Assembly (NCBI RefSeq): GCF_001186125.1
Contig: NW_014040543.1
Span: 9,931-53,673 of the forward strand
Direction: 5' to 3'
Length of the DNA stretch: 43,743 nucleotides
Source of the DNA: Sphaeroforma arctica JP610
Lineage: Eukaryota
A program made the translations under genes and the position numbers. The notes beneath the pieces were generated by a model that had not been told where the DNA came from, ran no database searches, and saw nothing but the letters and a program-made list of their open reading frames with translations. Below are positions 24,901 to 34,645 of the stretch, in pieces. Position 1 is the first letter of the stretch, and the number at the start of each line of letters is the position of its first letter.

Positions 24901-25803
24901 CGCTCCTTGTAGGTTGTGTAATACTTCCTTTATTTTTGGTAACACAAACTTGTCTTGTTCGTATTGGTAGTTGATCTCACGTAAGTCTAGACAGGTCCTG
25001 ACTTTTTTGAGTAGACCTGTTTGGTCATGTTCACCTGTTGACAACAACGGTAGATTCACCGTTGTTGGTTTGTCTCGTTTGTATATATGGCCATCGTGGA
25101 GCCATCGTTGCACATTCTCATCCGTTTGCGAAATGTATTTGTGTGGAACAAAGTTGACTTTAGCATGCCTCATTTGTCTGACGTTGATTTCATTTGCAGG
25201 TACCGTGACTGTGGAGCCTGGTAGGTTGCAATGAACGTCAGGAGGTATATTTGTGTTGGTGTCCAGGAAGTCTGTCAGTGACTCTCTGAAACCTTCTTGT
25301 TCATGCTCTGAGTCCTCTTCATGTGGTGTGAGGAGTGATTCACACGTTGCATCTGTTGGTATAAGTGGGTTGATTAATACCGCTATATATATACTTATGT
25401 ATGGTAGAATGTCCATACCTAGAAGTATTGGTGTTTTCTTTTTAGGCAAGTCCAATACTTCAAAGCATTGAAAGGTTTTTCTGCCTCCGTAGTCAATGTC
25501 ACAAACTTCTGTTGCTCCAATGCGTTGTATTCTTGCATCTGTTTGTGCTAGTTGTATGTAACCCGGTTGCGTTCTAACAGAAAGATATAATTCTGATACT
25601 ACACTTGTGTCCATGCATGAGCGTTGTGCGCCCGAGTCTACTAGTGCATTGTATGTATTGCCATTGATTTGTATGTCAATGTGTAAACGTTGGTCTCGTG
25701 GTGCGGGAAGTAAAGATAAAGGCTGATAATATATATCATATGCATTTATTAACAGCGTTTCTTCGTCTGTGAATACATTGAGTATGTCAGCCAGGTCAAT
25801 CAT
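21933..25803 (-). pseudogene. pol: pol pseudogene: aspartic protease-RT-RNase H-DNA adenine MTase-integrase-chromodomain
   Basis: PR ALVDSGAQRS; RT RTCLDLREIN, IDLTGGFHH, PFGL, YVYD (a decayed YxDD); RH NDASDYGIGGCL, ELLALV, TDHKAL, ADMLSR; IN HHCC (YHNLGH...CISC) and DDE (VDTIGP, TDQGTEY, NERSH); GGPYKIV; chromodomain EYLLQ*...TW. One frameshift near 24790 and in-frame stops at 23514, 22452, 22422 and 22110; terminal TAA at 21933-35. Confidence 0.92.
23382..23777 (-). other. Dam-like (phage/DIRS-type) DNA N6-adenine methyltransferase domain within pol
   Basis: DWMLHPRFYQEAERRFGKFTVDLFALAHNAHTDKYYTKEQNALNQKWAQEVKAWANPPWELIPDVLEKIIEEATSITICVPYYTNTS*FPKFLSLSEEGPLLV...KTSWGVILVAKIG. SAM-binding DLFA at 23714-23703 and catalytic NPPW at 23612-23601. 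Confidence 0.85.
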
Positions 25804-26183
25804 GTTTGCTTCCGCCCACCAGTGTTTTCAGTGTGCATCACCTTCAATGATGTCCTCCACCTTGCCAGATGTAATGGATAGTCTTGCTATCTGCACCTCC
25901 TTCTTGGCTTGTTGTGCAGCCTTCTCAGCTTGATCACCTTCTTCTCGGGACATTCACTGTACCGATGTGGGGCTGGCGATTCATGACAGTAAGGACATGC
26001 ACGTTCTTCACGTACTCCCTTCTTTTTCTGTGTCTACCCTCCTTGATTGTGCTGGTTGTGCGTACCATTGTCTATCTTGTGACGTTTGTTGGCGTTCGTA
26101 GAGTTATCCTCCACCTGCGCGTTCGCCTGCGTATTGTTGCGTTTATTTGCATTGTTTGCAGCTCGCGCCTGATACCTCAATTA

Positions 26184-26667
26184 TTCAGTGGAGCCAGTGG
26201 CTGTGAATGTGATGAGGCGCTTCATGGCATTCCAAAATCGACAGTGGCTACCGGTTATTTGTCTGGAATATACTCGCCGACATCTAGGAGACTTTGACGT
26301 AGTTCCTTTAGTTGCTGTATACTTTGTTCAGTGGAGCCAGTGGCTGTGAATGTGATGAGGCGCTTCATGGCATTCCATAATCGACAGTGGCTACCGGTTA
26401 GTTGTCTGGAATATACTCGCCGACATCTAGGAGACCTTGACGTAGTTCCTTTAGTTGCTGTATACTTTGTTCAGTGGAGCCAGTGGCTGTGAATGTGAAG
26501 AGGCGCTTCATGGCATTACAAAATCGACAGTGGCTACCGGTTATTTGTCTGGAATATATTCGCCGACATCTAGGAGACCTTGACGTAGTTCCTCTAGTTG
26601 CTGTATACTTTGCTCAGTGGAGCCAGTGGCTGTGAATGTGACGAGGCGCTTCATGGCATTCCAAAAT
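26184..26667. repeat. 143-bp tandem repeat, ~3.4 copies, inside gag
   Basis: CAGTGGAGCCAGTGGCTGTGAATGTG starts at 26186, 26329, 26472 and 26615 (exact 143-bp period); the copies differ by only a few substitutions. Confidence 0.95.
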
Positions 26668-26753
26668 TGGCCGTGGCCACCTGTATTGTTGGTAACACAA
26701 ATGTAATTAAATAATTCAGACGATGTTTTAGAGTAATTATTTTGGTAAACACT

Positions 26754-27488
26754 GGTGACGATTTCCTCTTTGATGGAATCCATCATTGTACGTCTGCACC
26801 GGGCATTAGCGAGTGTATCAACAATACAGAGCTGCTCACAATATGGATGTAGTCTATGGAGTACGCCGAAGTGCACAAGTTCTATTTTGAGGCCCCATGA
26901 TTCATTTGCTGAAAGTTTCCCAACTCTCAAGTTTAGTGCGGTTGTATATGTCCTTATACTTGGGGAACACCTTGGTCGGTGGCGGTAATACCATATTTTT
27001 CGGCTAGCATGATGAATTTACCTCGATTTCATTGATTTTGGTAACAGTGGTGACCAGTTCCTCTTTGATGGAATCTATCATTATACGTCTGCACCAGGCA
27101 TTAGCGAGTGTCTCAACAATACAGAGCTGCTCACAACCTGGATGTAGTCTATGAAGTACGCCGAAATGCGCAAGTTCTGTTTTGAGACCCATGATCCAGT
27201 GACCAGTTCCTCTTTGATGGAATCTATCATTATACGTCTGCACCAGGCATTAGCGAGTGTCTCAACAATACAGAGCTGCTCACAATCTGGATGTAGTCTA
27301 TGAAGTACGCCGAAGTGCGCAAGTTCTATTTTGAGACCCATGATCCATTTACTGAAGTTTTCCCAATTCTCAAGTTTAGCGCGGTTGTATATGTCCTTAT
27401 ACTAGGGGCACTCAGAGAGGGGAACACCTGGGTCGGTGGCGGTAATACCATTTTTTTTTGTTGGCATAGCATGATGAATTTACCTCGA
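26754..27488. repeat. Compound duplication inside gag (two ~275-290-bp copies flanking a 149-bp partial copy)
   Basis: GTGAC...TTCCTCTTTGATGGAATC recurs near 26755, 27050 and 27199; the three ORFs here share LKxELxHFGVLHRLHPxCEQLCIV. Confidence 0.9.
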
Positions 27489-27947
27489 TAACACCGGAGT
27501 CTTTGAGTTAGTGATCTTGTCCAATGCCTCTTGCAGTTCAATACGGGTAGTATCGAGCTTAAGTTGAAGAACAGAGAAGTTGTCGGTAGATTTCTCGGAC
27601 TGCCCGTAGAGACGCAATTCAGTTTTTTAGGCGATCTGTTAGTTTTTTGGGATCGATTTGTAGTGTTTCGTGTTTAGCTAGAAGCACTTTATGTTCATCG
27701 CCTAACTGCACATTATAACGTTTGTAGTTATCGAGATCGGCTTGAACATATTTGCGTTGTTTGTTTGCGTGATATAGATCACTACGTGTCATTGTAAGTT
27801 GTGCTATTGCTTTCGCAGTAGAGCCGAACATTTCATCGTAGGAGATGCGGATATCCTTGATAACGTTGTTGATGGCATCCATGTGACCGTTGGCAGATTC
27901 GAGAGTGGTATATACGGGTAGTTCCGGCCAGAATTCTCATGTCCAAC

Positions 27948-30900
27948 AGGTCCTAGTAATTTGTATATATCGTTAAATTTCACTAAGAGTTTGTCAGGTT
28001 AATTGTAAAGGCCCTATCGACTCTACCACAATACTTTTGGTCGCGATTTAAACTTGTGAATCGATTAGAATGTCCGTGTGCTTCACGAGATACATTTTCT
28101 GTGAAAGAATCAAATAAACAGATGCATAAAACAGGAGCCTACACTCCAGTCGCTATTCGTAACATAGTTAGTTGATGGATCATCTTATATGTACAAAGGC
28201 GTGGGTCATATATTTCGCATAAATCGTTTGAAATATATACAGCACATATTCAATTCACTAAGAGTTTCTCAAGTTAATGTTGAAAGCCGTCTCGACTCTA
28301 GAATATTAGGGTTAGATTGTGTGTATAATGAGATAACTCTAATTACTTTGATAAAATATCCGCTGATATCTATATGCAGTTGAGAATCGGTTTTCTTTAC
28401 GGAAGTCCCACTTCAAGTTGCACGCATCTATCAACCTACTGATGGATTCTACACTAAATAATTAGATATATAAAATACCCATACTGCGGTCGTTATCCGA
28501 GCATAGCAAGTTGATGGATCACCTCATAGATACAACGACACGGGTCCTATACTTTGCATAAAATATTGTAAACATAGCAGGTATTCACTTGAGAGTTTGC
28601 CAAGTTAATGTTGAAAGCGCCCTCGGCTAAAAAATAAAACGTTTGGTTTTGATTCCAACCTATAATTTCTTATATATTGTCCGTGTGTATCACGTGACAA
28701 CTTTTCTCAGATAAAATCAAATAGACAAATGCAAAATGATAGCCTTCCACTTTAGTCGCCATTCATAAAATAATAAGTTGATGAAATATACCTCATGAAT
28801 TCAAAGACACGGGTCCTATACTATGCATCAATTGTTTGTAAGATTGTAGATAAATCCAGTAAATTTTTACTAAGAGTTTGCCAATTCAATGTTGTAAGCC
28901 CTCTCGGCACAGAATAATACGATTGGTTTTTATTCAAAGTATATAATTTCTTGAAGCTCGTCCGTGTGTGTCACGAGATAAGCTCTTGTTATTCTGACAA
29001 ATATCAGTTGGGAATTGTACATTTGAGTATCGCTTTTCTTCACGGAAATCCTGATTCAAGTTACACGCATCAAATGACAACCAACTAATGGGTCGGACAC
29101 TGAATAAACGGATACTTAAGAAACCTACGCTTCAGTTGCTATCCATCACATAATATGTTGATGATTTGATTCATAGATACAAAGACGCTGTTTCAATACT
29201 TTCACATAAACCGCTTAAAATATCGTAAAATTAGTAAATATTTCAATAAACATGATACGTTTGGTTTTGATTGAAATTTTTAACCTCTCAAAGATTGTCC
29301 TGTGTGTCACGACATACCTCTTGTTATCTCTGACAACGTATCAGTTGCTATCCATAAAGTAGTAAGTTGATAGGATACTTCATAGGTACAGAGAAACATA
29401 GGTCCTATAGTTATTTGAAATTCTAGAAATCCAGGAAATATTGACTAAGAGTTTGTCAAGTTAATGATGAATGACTTATCAGCTACAGAATAATACGGTT
29501 GGTTTCGATTCAATATATTTTCTTTTTAAAGATTGTCTGTGTGTGTCACGAGAAATTTTTTGATATTCTGACGAATATAATTCGGGATATATATGCATTT
29601 GAGTACCTTATCTCTTTACTGGAGTCCATCTACAAGTTACACGAACCAAATGACAACCAACTGATGTGTTGAATACATCATTTCAGCCGCTATTCACATC
29701 ATAGTAAGTTGATGGATCACCTCAATGATATAAAAACATGGGTCCTATATTTTGCATAAATCGCTTAAAATATTGTATACCCAGCAAATTCTAACTAGAT
29801 TGGCGATAGAATAGTACGGTTTTGATTCAAACTTTCAAATATCGTAAAGATTGTCCATTGTGTCACGACATAACTCTATATTTTTCTGACAAAATATAAG
29901 TTGCGGAATAAATGCATTTGAGTACGCTTTCCCTTTACGAGAGTTCCTCTAGAAATGAGACGGAGCAAATTACAACCAACTGATGGTTTGAACACCAAAT
30001 AAACAGATACGTAAAACAGACTCATCCACTTCAGTTGCTATCCATAACGTAATAAATTGATGGATCACATCATAGATGCAACGGCATGGGTCCTGCATGG
30101 ACAAATCTGTTGGAATATCGTCAATTCAACAATACTTCACTGAGAGTTTGCCAAGTTAATGATGAAATATTTCTCGATTTTGATATCATGTTTTGGTTCG
30201 ATCCAAACTTTAAATATCTTAAAGATTGTTCGTTTATGGAGAAATCGGTTGGAATATTCTAAATCCAGCAAATCTTCACTAAATTTGCCAAGTTAATGAT
30301 GAAATATCTCTCGACTCTAAACCGATACGTTTGGGTTCGGTCCAAACTTCAAGGATCTTAAGGATTGTCCATGTGTTTCACGAGATATGTTTTCTGCGAT
30401 AAAATCAAATAAACAAATGCATAGCAGAATCCTACACTTCATTTGCTGTTCATAGTATAGTAAGTTGATGGTCACCTCATAAATACAAAGACGCAGTACC
30501 TATAATTCGCATAATTCATTTGAAATCCAGGTAACTTTCAGTAAGAATTTGTTAAGTCAATGTTGGAAGTCCTTTCGGCTATATAGTAATAAGTTTGGTT
30601 TCGATTCAACCTTTTAATACCTTTTCAACTCTGTCTGTTGTGATACAACGTAACTCTTAATTTCTCTGACAAAATGTCAGTTGTTATATGCATCTGAGTA
30701 CTCTTTCTGCTTACGAGAGTCCCTCTATAAGTTAGACACAGCAAGTTACGACCAAATGATGGGTTCGAACTCTAAATAACTAGATACACATAACATACCT
30801 CTGTACCCCAGTCGCTATATAACATAATAGGGTGATTTATCACCTCATAGATACAAAACATGGGTCCTATGTGCATAAATTGTTTGAAACATTGTATATC

Positions 30901-31140
30901 CAGCAAAGCCCTCTCCGCTATAGAATAATAGATACGGTTGTTTTTGCTTTAAACTTAGAATAACTTGAACAGTGTTCGTGTGTGTCACGAGATAGGTCTT
31001 CTGATAAACAAACTAAATAAACACATCGATACTACAGAAACCTACACTTCAATCGCTATTCATAACAAAGTAAGTTGACAGATCACTTTATAGATACAAA
31101 GACATGGGTTCTATACTTTGAACTAATCGGTTGAAATAAG
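27948..31140 (+). repeat. Satellite array, block 2 (~10 units of ~250-370 bp)
   Basis: Anchor GAGTTTGCCAAGTTAATG(T/A)TGAAA, with variants, at 27987, 28262, 28593, 28874, 29449, 30144, ~30283 and ~30545. The other modules recur in a fixed order. Confidence 0.92.
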
Positions 31141-31148
31141 GAAAATAA

Positions 31149-33212
31149 TTTTTTTTTCAATTTGGTTAGAGATTTATATGTATACTTGTACATCAGGCTT
31201 CATAGTCGTTGGAGAGGTTCTGGGAAATTGAAGGGAAGTTGAGATTGTCGAACTGTCGCGAGAAGCTCGGGGCGAGTGATGCAACGATGGAAGACATACG
31301 GTGCGTTAGTTCACGGCGATGGATACAGCATACATCTACCACCGGGTGAGAACTAAAACCTGTGTGCCATTGCGTGAAATAAAGCTGGCCCACACTTGTA
31401 GTGATAATATGGGCTGAGTCGGTCTGAGATATTTTGAACGTGATACCAAGGAGGGTGAGTTTGTCAATCGCAATTCTGTTTCGGAGCGAAGTTGGGGGCT
31501 ATCCGACACTACACCACACAACTGATGTAATTGTAATATCCTGGCTAACTATAGCGGGAAGTATCATAGGTGGTACCAGAAGTCTCGAAGATTTGGTCTG
31601 TACCGAAATATGAAAATAGTGCTTCAGTAAAGTGATGAGACGGGGTATGGGGAACATCAATCTATCGACCAGTACTGGATGGGGATAAATTGGTGCCTAT
31701 TGTTCATGGAGGAAGAAAGCTTCCGAGATGTTCGTGGAGAGTCCATATGCCGTGGTAATCATGCCGATCCTGTAGTTGTTGTAGTAAGTTCGGTCCAATT
31801 GAATTAGGGCCACCAGAATACGCCTTATTAGAGAACTGATACAAGCAAAGTGGATGGACGTAAAGGTTTTATCTCCGGGGCATATAGGACAGAGGCACCC
31901 ACCGGTACGATAGTCAAGCAATTGGAACAGTAATGTGTTGGTTGCTATCATGGCACAAATGGGTATTGGAATTTGGTTAGAGATTTATATGTCTACATGT
32001 ACATCAGGCTTCATAGTCGTTGGAGAGGTTCTGGGAAATTGAAGGGAAGTTGAGATTGTCGAACTGTCGCGAGAAGCTCGGGGCGAGTGATGCAACGATG
32101 GAAGACATACGGTGCGTTAGTTCACGGCGATGGATACGGCATACATCTACCACCGGGTGAGAACTAAAACCTGTGTGCCATTGCGTGAAATAAAGCTGGC
32201 CCACACTTGTAGTGATAATATGGGCTGAGTCGGTCTGAGATATTTTGAACGTGATACCAAGAAGGGTGAGGTTGTCAATCGCAATTCTGTTTCGGAGCGA
32301 AGTTGGGGGCTATCCGACACTACACCACACAACTGATGTAATTGTAATATCCTGGCTAGCTATAGCGGGAAGTATCATAGGTGGTACCAGAAGTCTCGAA
32401 GATTTGGTCTGTACCGAAATATGAAAATAGTGCTTCAGTAAAGTGATGAGACGGGGTATGGGGAGCATCAATCTATCGACCAGTACTGGATGGGGATAAA
32501 TTGGTGCCTATTGTTCATGGAGGAAGAAAGCTTCCGAGACGTTCGTGGAGAGTCCATATGCCGTGGTAATCATGCCGATCCTGTAGTTGTTGTAGTAAGT
32601 TCGGTCCAATTGAATTAGGGCCACCAGAATACGCCTTATCAGAGAACTGATACAAGCAAAGTGGATGGACGTAGAGGTCTTATCTCCGGGGCATATAGGA
32701 CAGAGGCACCCACCGGTACGATAGTCAAGCAATTGGAACAGTAATGTGTTGGTTGCTATCATGGCACAAATGGGGATTAGAGTGTGTTCGCGGCAGTGGG
32801 TAAAGCTACTATGGGATGGCTTGTCCTGGTCCGTGATGGGAGGTTCTCCCTTTATAAGTCGGTAGTAGTATTGACGGGCGAGCCTTGCCTGCTATCTCCT
32901 TGGTTGTGAGACGTTGTAGGGTATTATGTCGGATCTGCTCGCGAAGCTTACGGAGTTCCTTGTGTTAAGGTGTACACCCGCCCTTTGATTCTAGAAAAGC
33001 GTAAATACTGAACGGAAATTTGTCCGGAGGTCTGTTACGTGTCCAAGCGGGTCTTGTAAGTGGGGCGAGTGGGTTTGTACTGTTGATTGAGTCAAGATGT
33101 AGTCCCAGGCAGTCACCAAGGTACTCCGCAAATTGACGTGCTGGAAGTAAACAGCAAAAGCGAAGAACTGTATGCGCTGGTATGGAAGTTTTGGGAATAT
33201 AGTGCCTGATAT
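31149..33212 (-). mobile_element. 5'-truncated LINE-like (non-LTR) retroelement 3' end with its terminal 811 bp tandemly duplicated
   Basis: Decayed minus-strand coding frame with a CPICPGDKTSTSIHFAC (CCHC-type) motif typical of LINE ORF2 C-termini. A9 tail at 31157-31149. Near-identical direct repeat 31159-31969 / 31970-32779. No RT motif lies in the retained part, so the class is inferred. Confidence 0.62.
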
Positions 33213-34445
33213 AATCCTATACTTTGCGTAAATCGGTTGATATGTTGTAAAACCAGTAAATTTTTACTTGGAGTTTACCAAGTTGATGTTAAAAGCAGTT
33301 TTGGCTATAGAAGTATACGGATGGTGTCGATTCATACTTCTTATCTCAAATATTTTCTTTGTGTGTCTCGAGTCAAATAAACAGATACGTAAAACTTAAA
33401 CCTACACTTTAGTCACTATCCATAACATAGTCATTTGATGGATCATCTCATAAATACAAAGGTATCGGTCCTATAGTTGCATAAATTGGTTAAAATTGTA
33501 AATCGAGCAAACTGTCACTAAGAGTTTGCCAAGTTAATGTTAAATACATTTCGGATTCAGAATAATACGTTTTGTTTCGATTCAAACTTGTAATTTCTTA
33601 AAGATAAAAAAAGGAGATAACTCTTGTTATTCTGACAAAATAGCAGTTGGGGTATATGTGCGTTTGATTACCTTTTTATTATTACGGAAGTCCCTCTCAA
33701 TATACAAGCACACAATTACAACCAACTGATGATTTGGTCATTAAATAAGCATATACAAAAAAATGTATCACCTCAAAGATATAAAGATATGGATCCAGTA
33801 CTTTGCATAAATCGTGTCAAAGACTGTAAATCCAGCAAATTTAACTAGGAGTTTGCCTAGTTGCTGTTGAAAGTCCTATCAGCTCTAGAATAATACGTTT
33901 GGTTTCGTTTCAAACTTTTATTCTTTTAAAAATGGTTCGTTGAGTCACGACATAACTTGTTTTCTCTGACATTTTTCTCTCTCCGGCAGTTCGACGACAA
34001 TCTTAACTTCCCTCAAATCTTCACAGAATTCTCTAACGAATATGGAGTCTGATGTGCATATAGACATATAATAATTTACCCAAATTGAAATAAATAATAT
34101 TACCCCTAGTTGCGAAACAAATGCATTTGAGTACGCTTTCTCTTTACTGGAGTCCCTATATAAGGTAGACACAGCAAACTACAATCAACTGATGGTTTGA
34201 ACACAAAAAAATACAGATACATAACATAGTAAGCTGATGGATCAACTCATAGATACAAAGGTACGGGCCCTATACTTCGCATAGATCGGTTGAAACATTG
34301 TAGATCCAGCAAATTCTCACTAAGAGGTTGCCAAGTTAATGTTAAAAACCCTATCGGGTATAGAATGACACGTTCGGTTTCGATTCAAACTTTAACCTCC
34401 TATAGACTGTCCGTGTAATCACAAGATAACTCTTGGTTTCTGACT
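33213..34445 (+). repeat. Satellite array, block 3 (~4 units)
   Basis: Same anchor at 33271, 33522, 33849 and 34324, in the same orientation as blocks 1 and 2. Confidence 0.9.
33975..34100 (+). mobile_element. Short 3'-terminal fragment of the same LINE-like family, in the opposite orientation
   Basis: CAGTTCGACGACAATCTTAACTTCCCT...TGATGTGCATATAGACAT...CCAAATTGAAATAAATAA matches the reverse complement of 31158-31262 and interrupts a satellite unit just after TCTCTGACA. Confidence 0.75.
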
Positions 34446-34479
34446 AATTTCCGGTGTGGTCAGCGGGATATGTAATGCA

Positions 34480-34645
34480 AATTGTATCTTGAATTCATAT
34501 CATAAAAAGCAAGCTCAATACCATGACATAGGCGGGTGCTACTCACGTTGCCTCGTCCTTTTCGGTTCGGGTTCATCAAATCAAGTGTGTGCTTCTAGAT
34601 GATCACGAAATTATCAATGGCCTTACTCTTGGCAGTATTAGCCCG
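34480..34645 (-). repeat. Right arm of diverged inverted repeat (putative TIR)
   Basis: Reverse complement aligns with 19800-19965. A degenerate ~37-bp direct copy of its outer end recurs at ~34704-34740. Confidence 0.75.

Larger units (their letters stand above)
25830..27940 (-). pseudogene. gag: gag remnant (coiled-coil N-terminus, capsid-like segment, CCHC zinc knuckle), disrupted by internal tandem duplications
   Basis: Knuckle CPYCHESPAPHRYSEC (C-X2-C-X6-H-X4-C) at ~26000-25950; capsid-like LEELRQGLLDVGEY segment; located directly upstream of the protease. Confidence 0.72.
21235..27945 (-). mobile_element. Ty3/gypsy (chromovirus-type) LTR retrotransposon, decayed and lacking its 5' LTR, with a Dam-like methyltransferase domain in pol
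   Basis: Minus-strand order: gag remnant with Zn knuckle, PR, RT, RNase H, MTase, integrase, GPY motif, chromodomain, PPT, LTR. Integrase downstream of RT/RH is the Ty3/gypsy order. The 5' end runs directly into satellite at ~27948. Confidence 0.92.
19800..34645. mobile_element. Putative non-autonomous TIR (foldback/MITE-like) DNA element with an internal satellite array, later invaded by retroelements
   Basis: 19800-19965 aligns to the reverse complement of ~34480-34645 (CGGGCAATACTGCCGAGAGTGAG...TAGCACCAGTATATGTCATGATATTAAGCT vs CGGGCTAATACTGCCAAGAGTAAG...TAGCACCCGCCTATGTCATGGTATTGAGCT). TA lies at both outer ends (19798-99, 34646-47). The interior is tandem repeat plus inserted retroelements; no transposase was seen. 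Confidence 0.6.

Noticed and set aside
25826..25834. TGA just upstream of the protease ORF as a programmed gag-pol read-through site
   Set aside because: It lacks a CARYYA-type context and the copy has many other lesions, so it cannot be distinguished from decay without intact relatives.
21235..27945. Classifying the MTase-bearing element as DIRS
   Set aside because: It has an aspartic protease, HHCC/DDE integrase, chromodomain, PPT and a TG...CA LTR, and no tyrosine recombinase was seen.
27900..28300. 5' LTR, primer-binding site and target-site duplication of the Ty3/gypsy element
   Set aside because: No second copy of 21235-21560 was found; gag runs straight into satellite, so the 5' end is deleted and no TSD can be called.
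27948..31140. Conserved short motifs recurring at intervals, superficially like a CRISPR array
   Set aside because: The intervening sequence is also homologous between units (no unique spacers), the period is 250-370 bp, there are no cas genes, and the context is eukaryotic.
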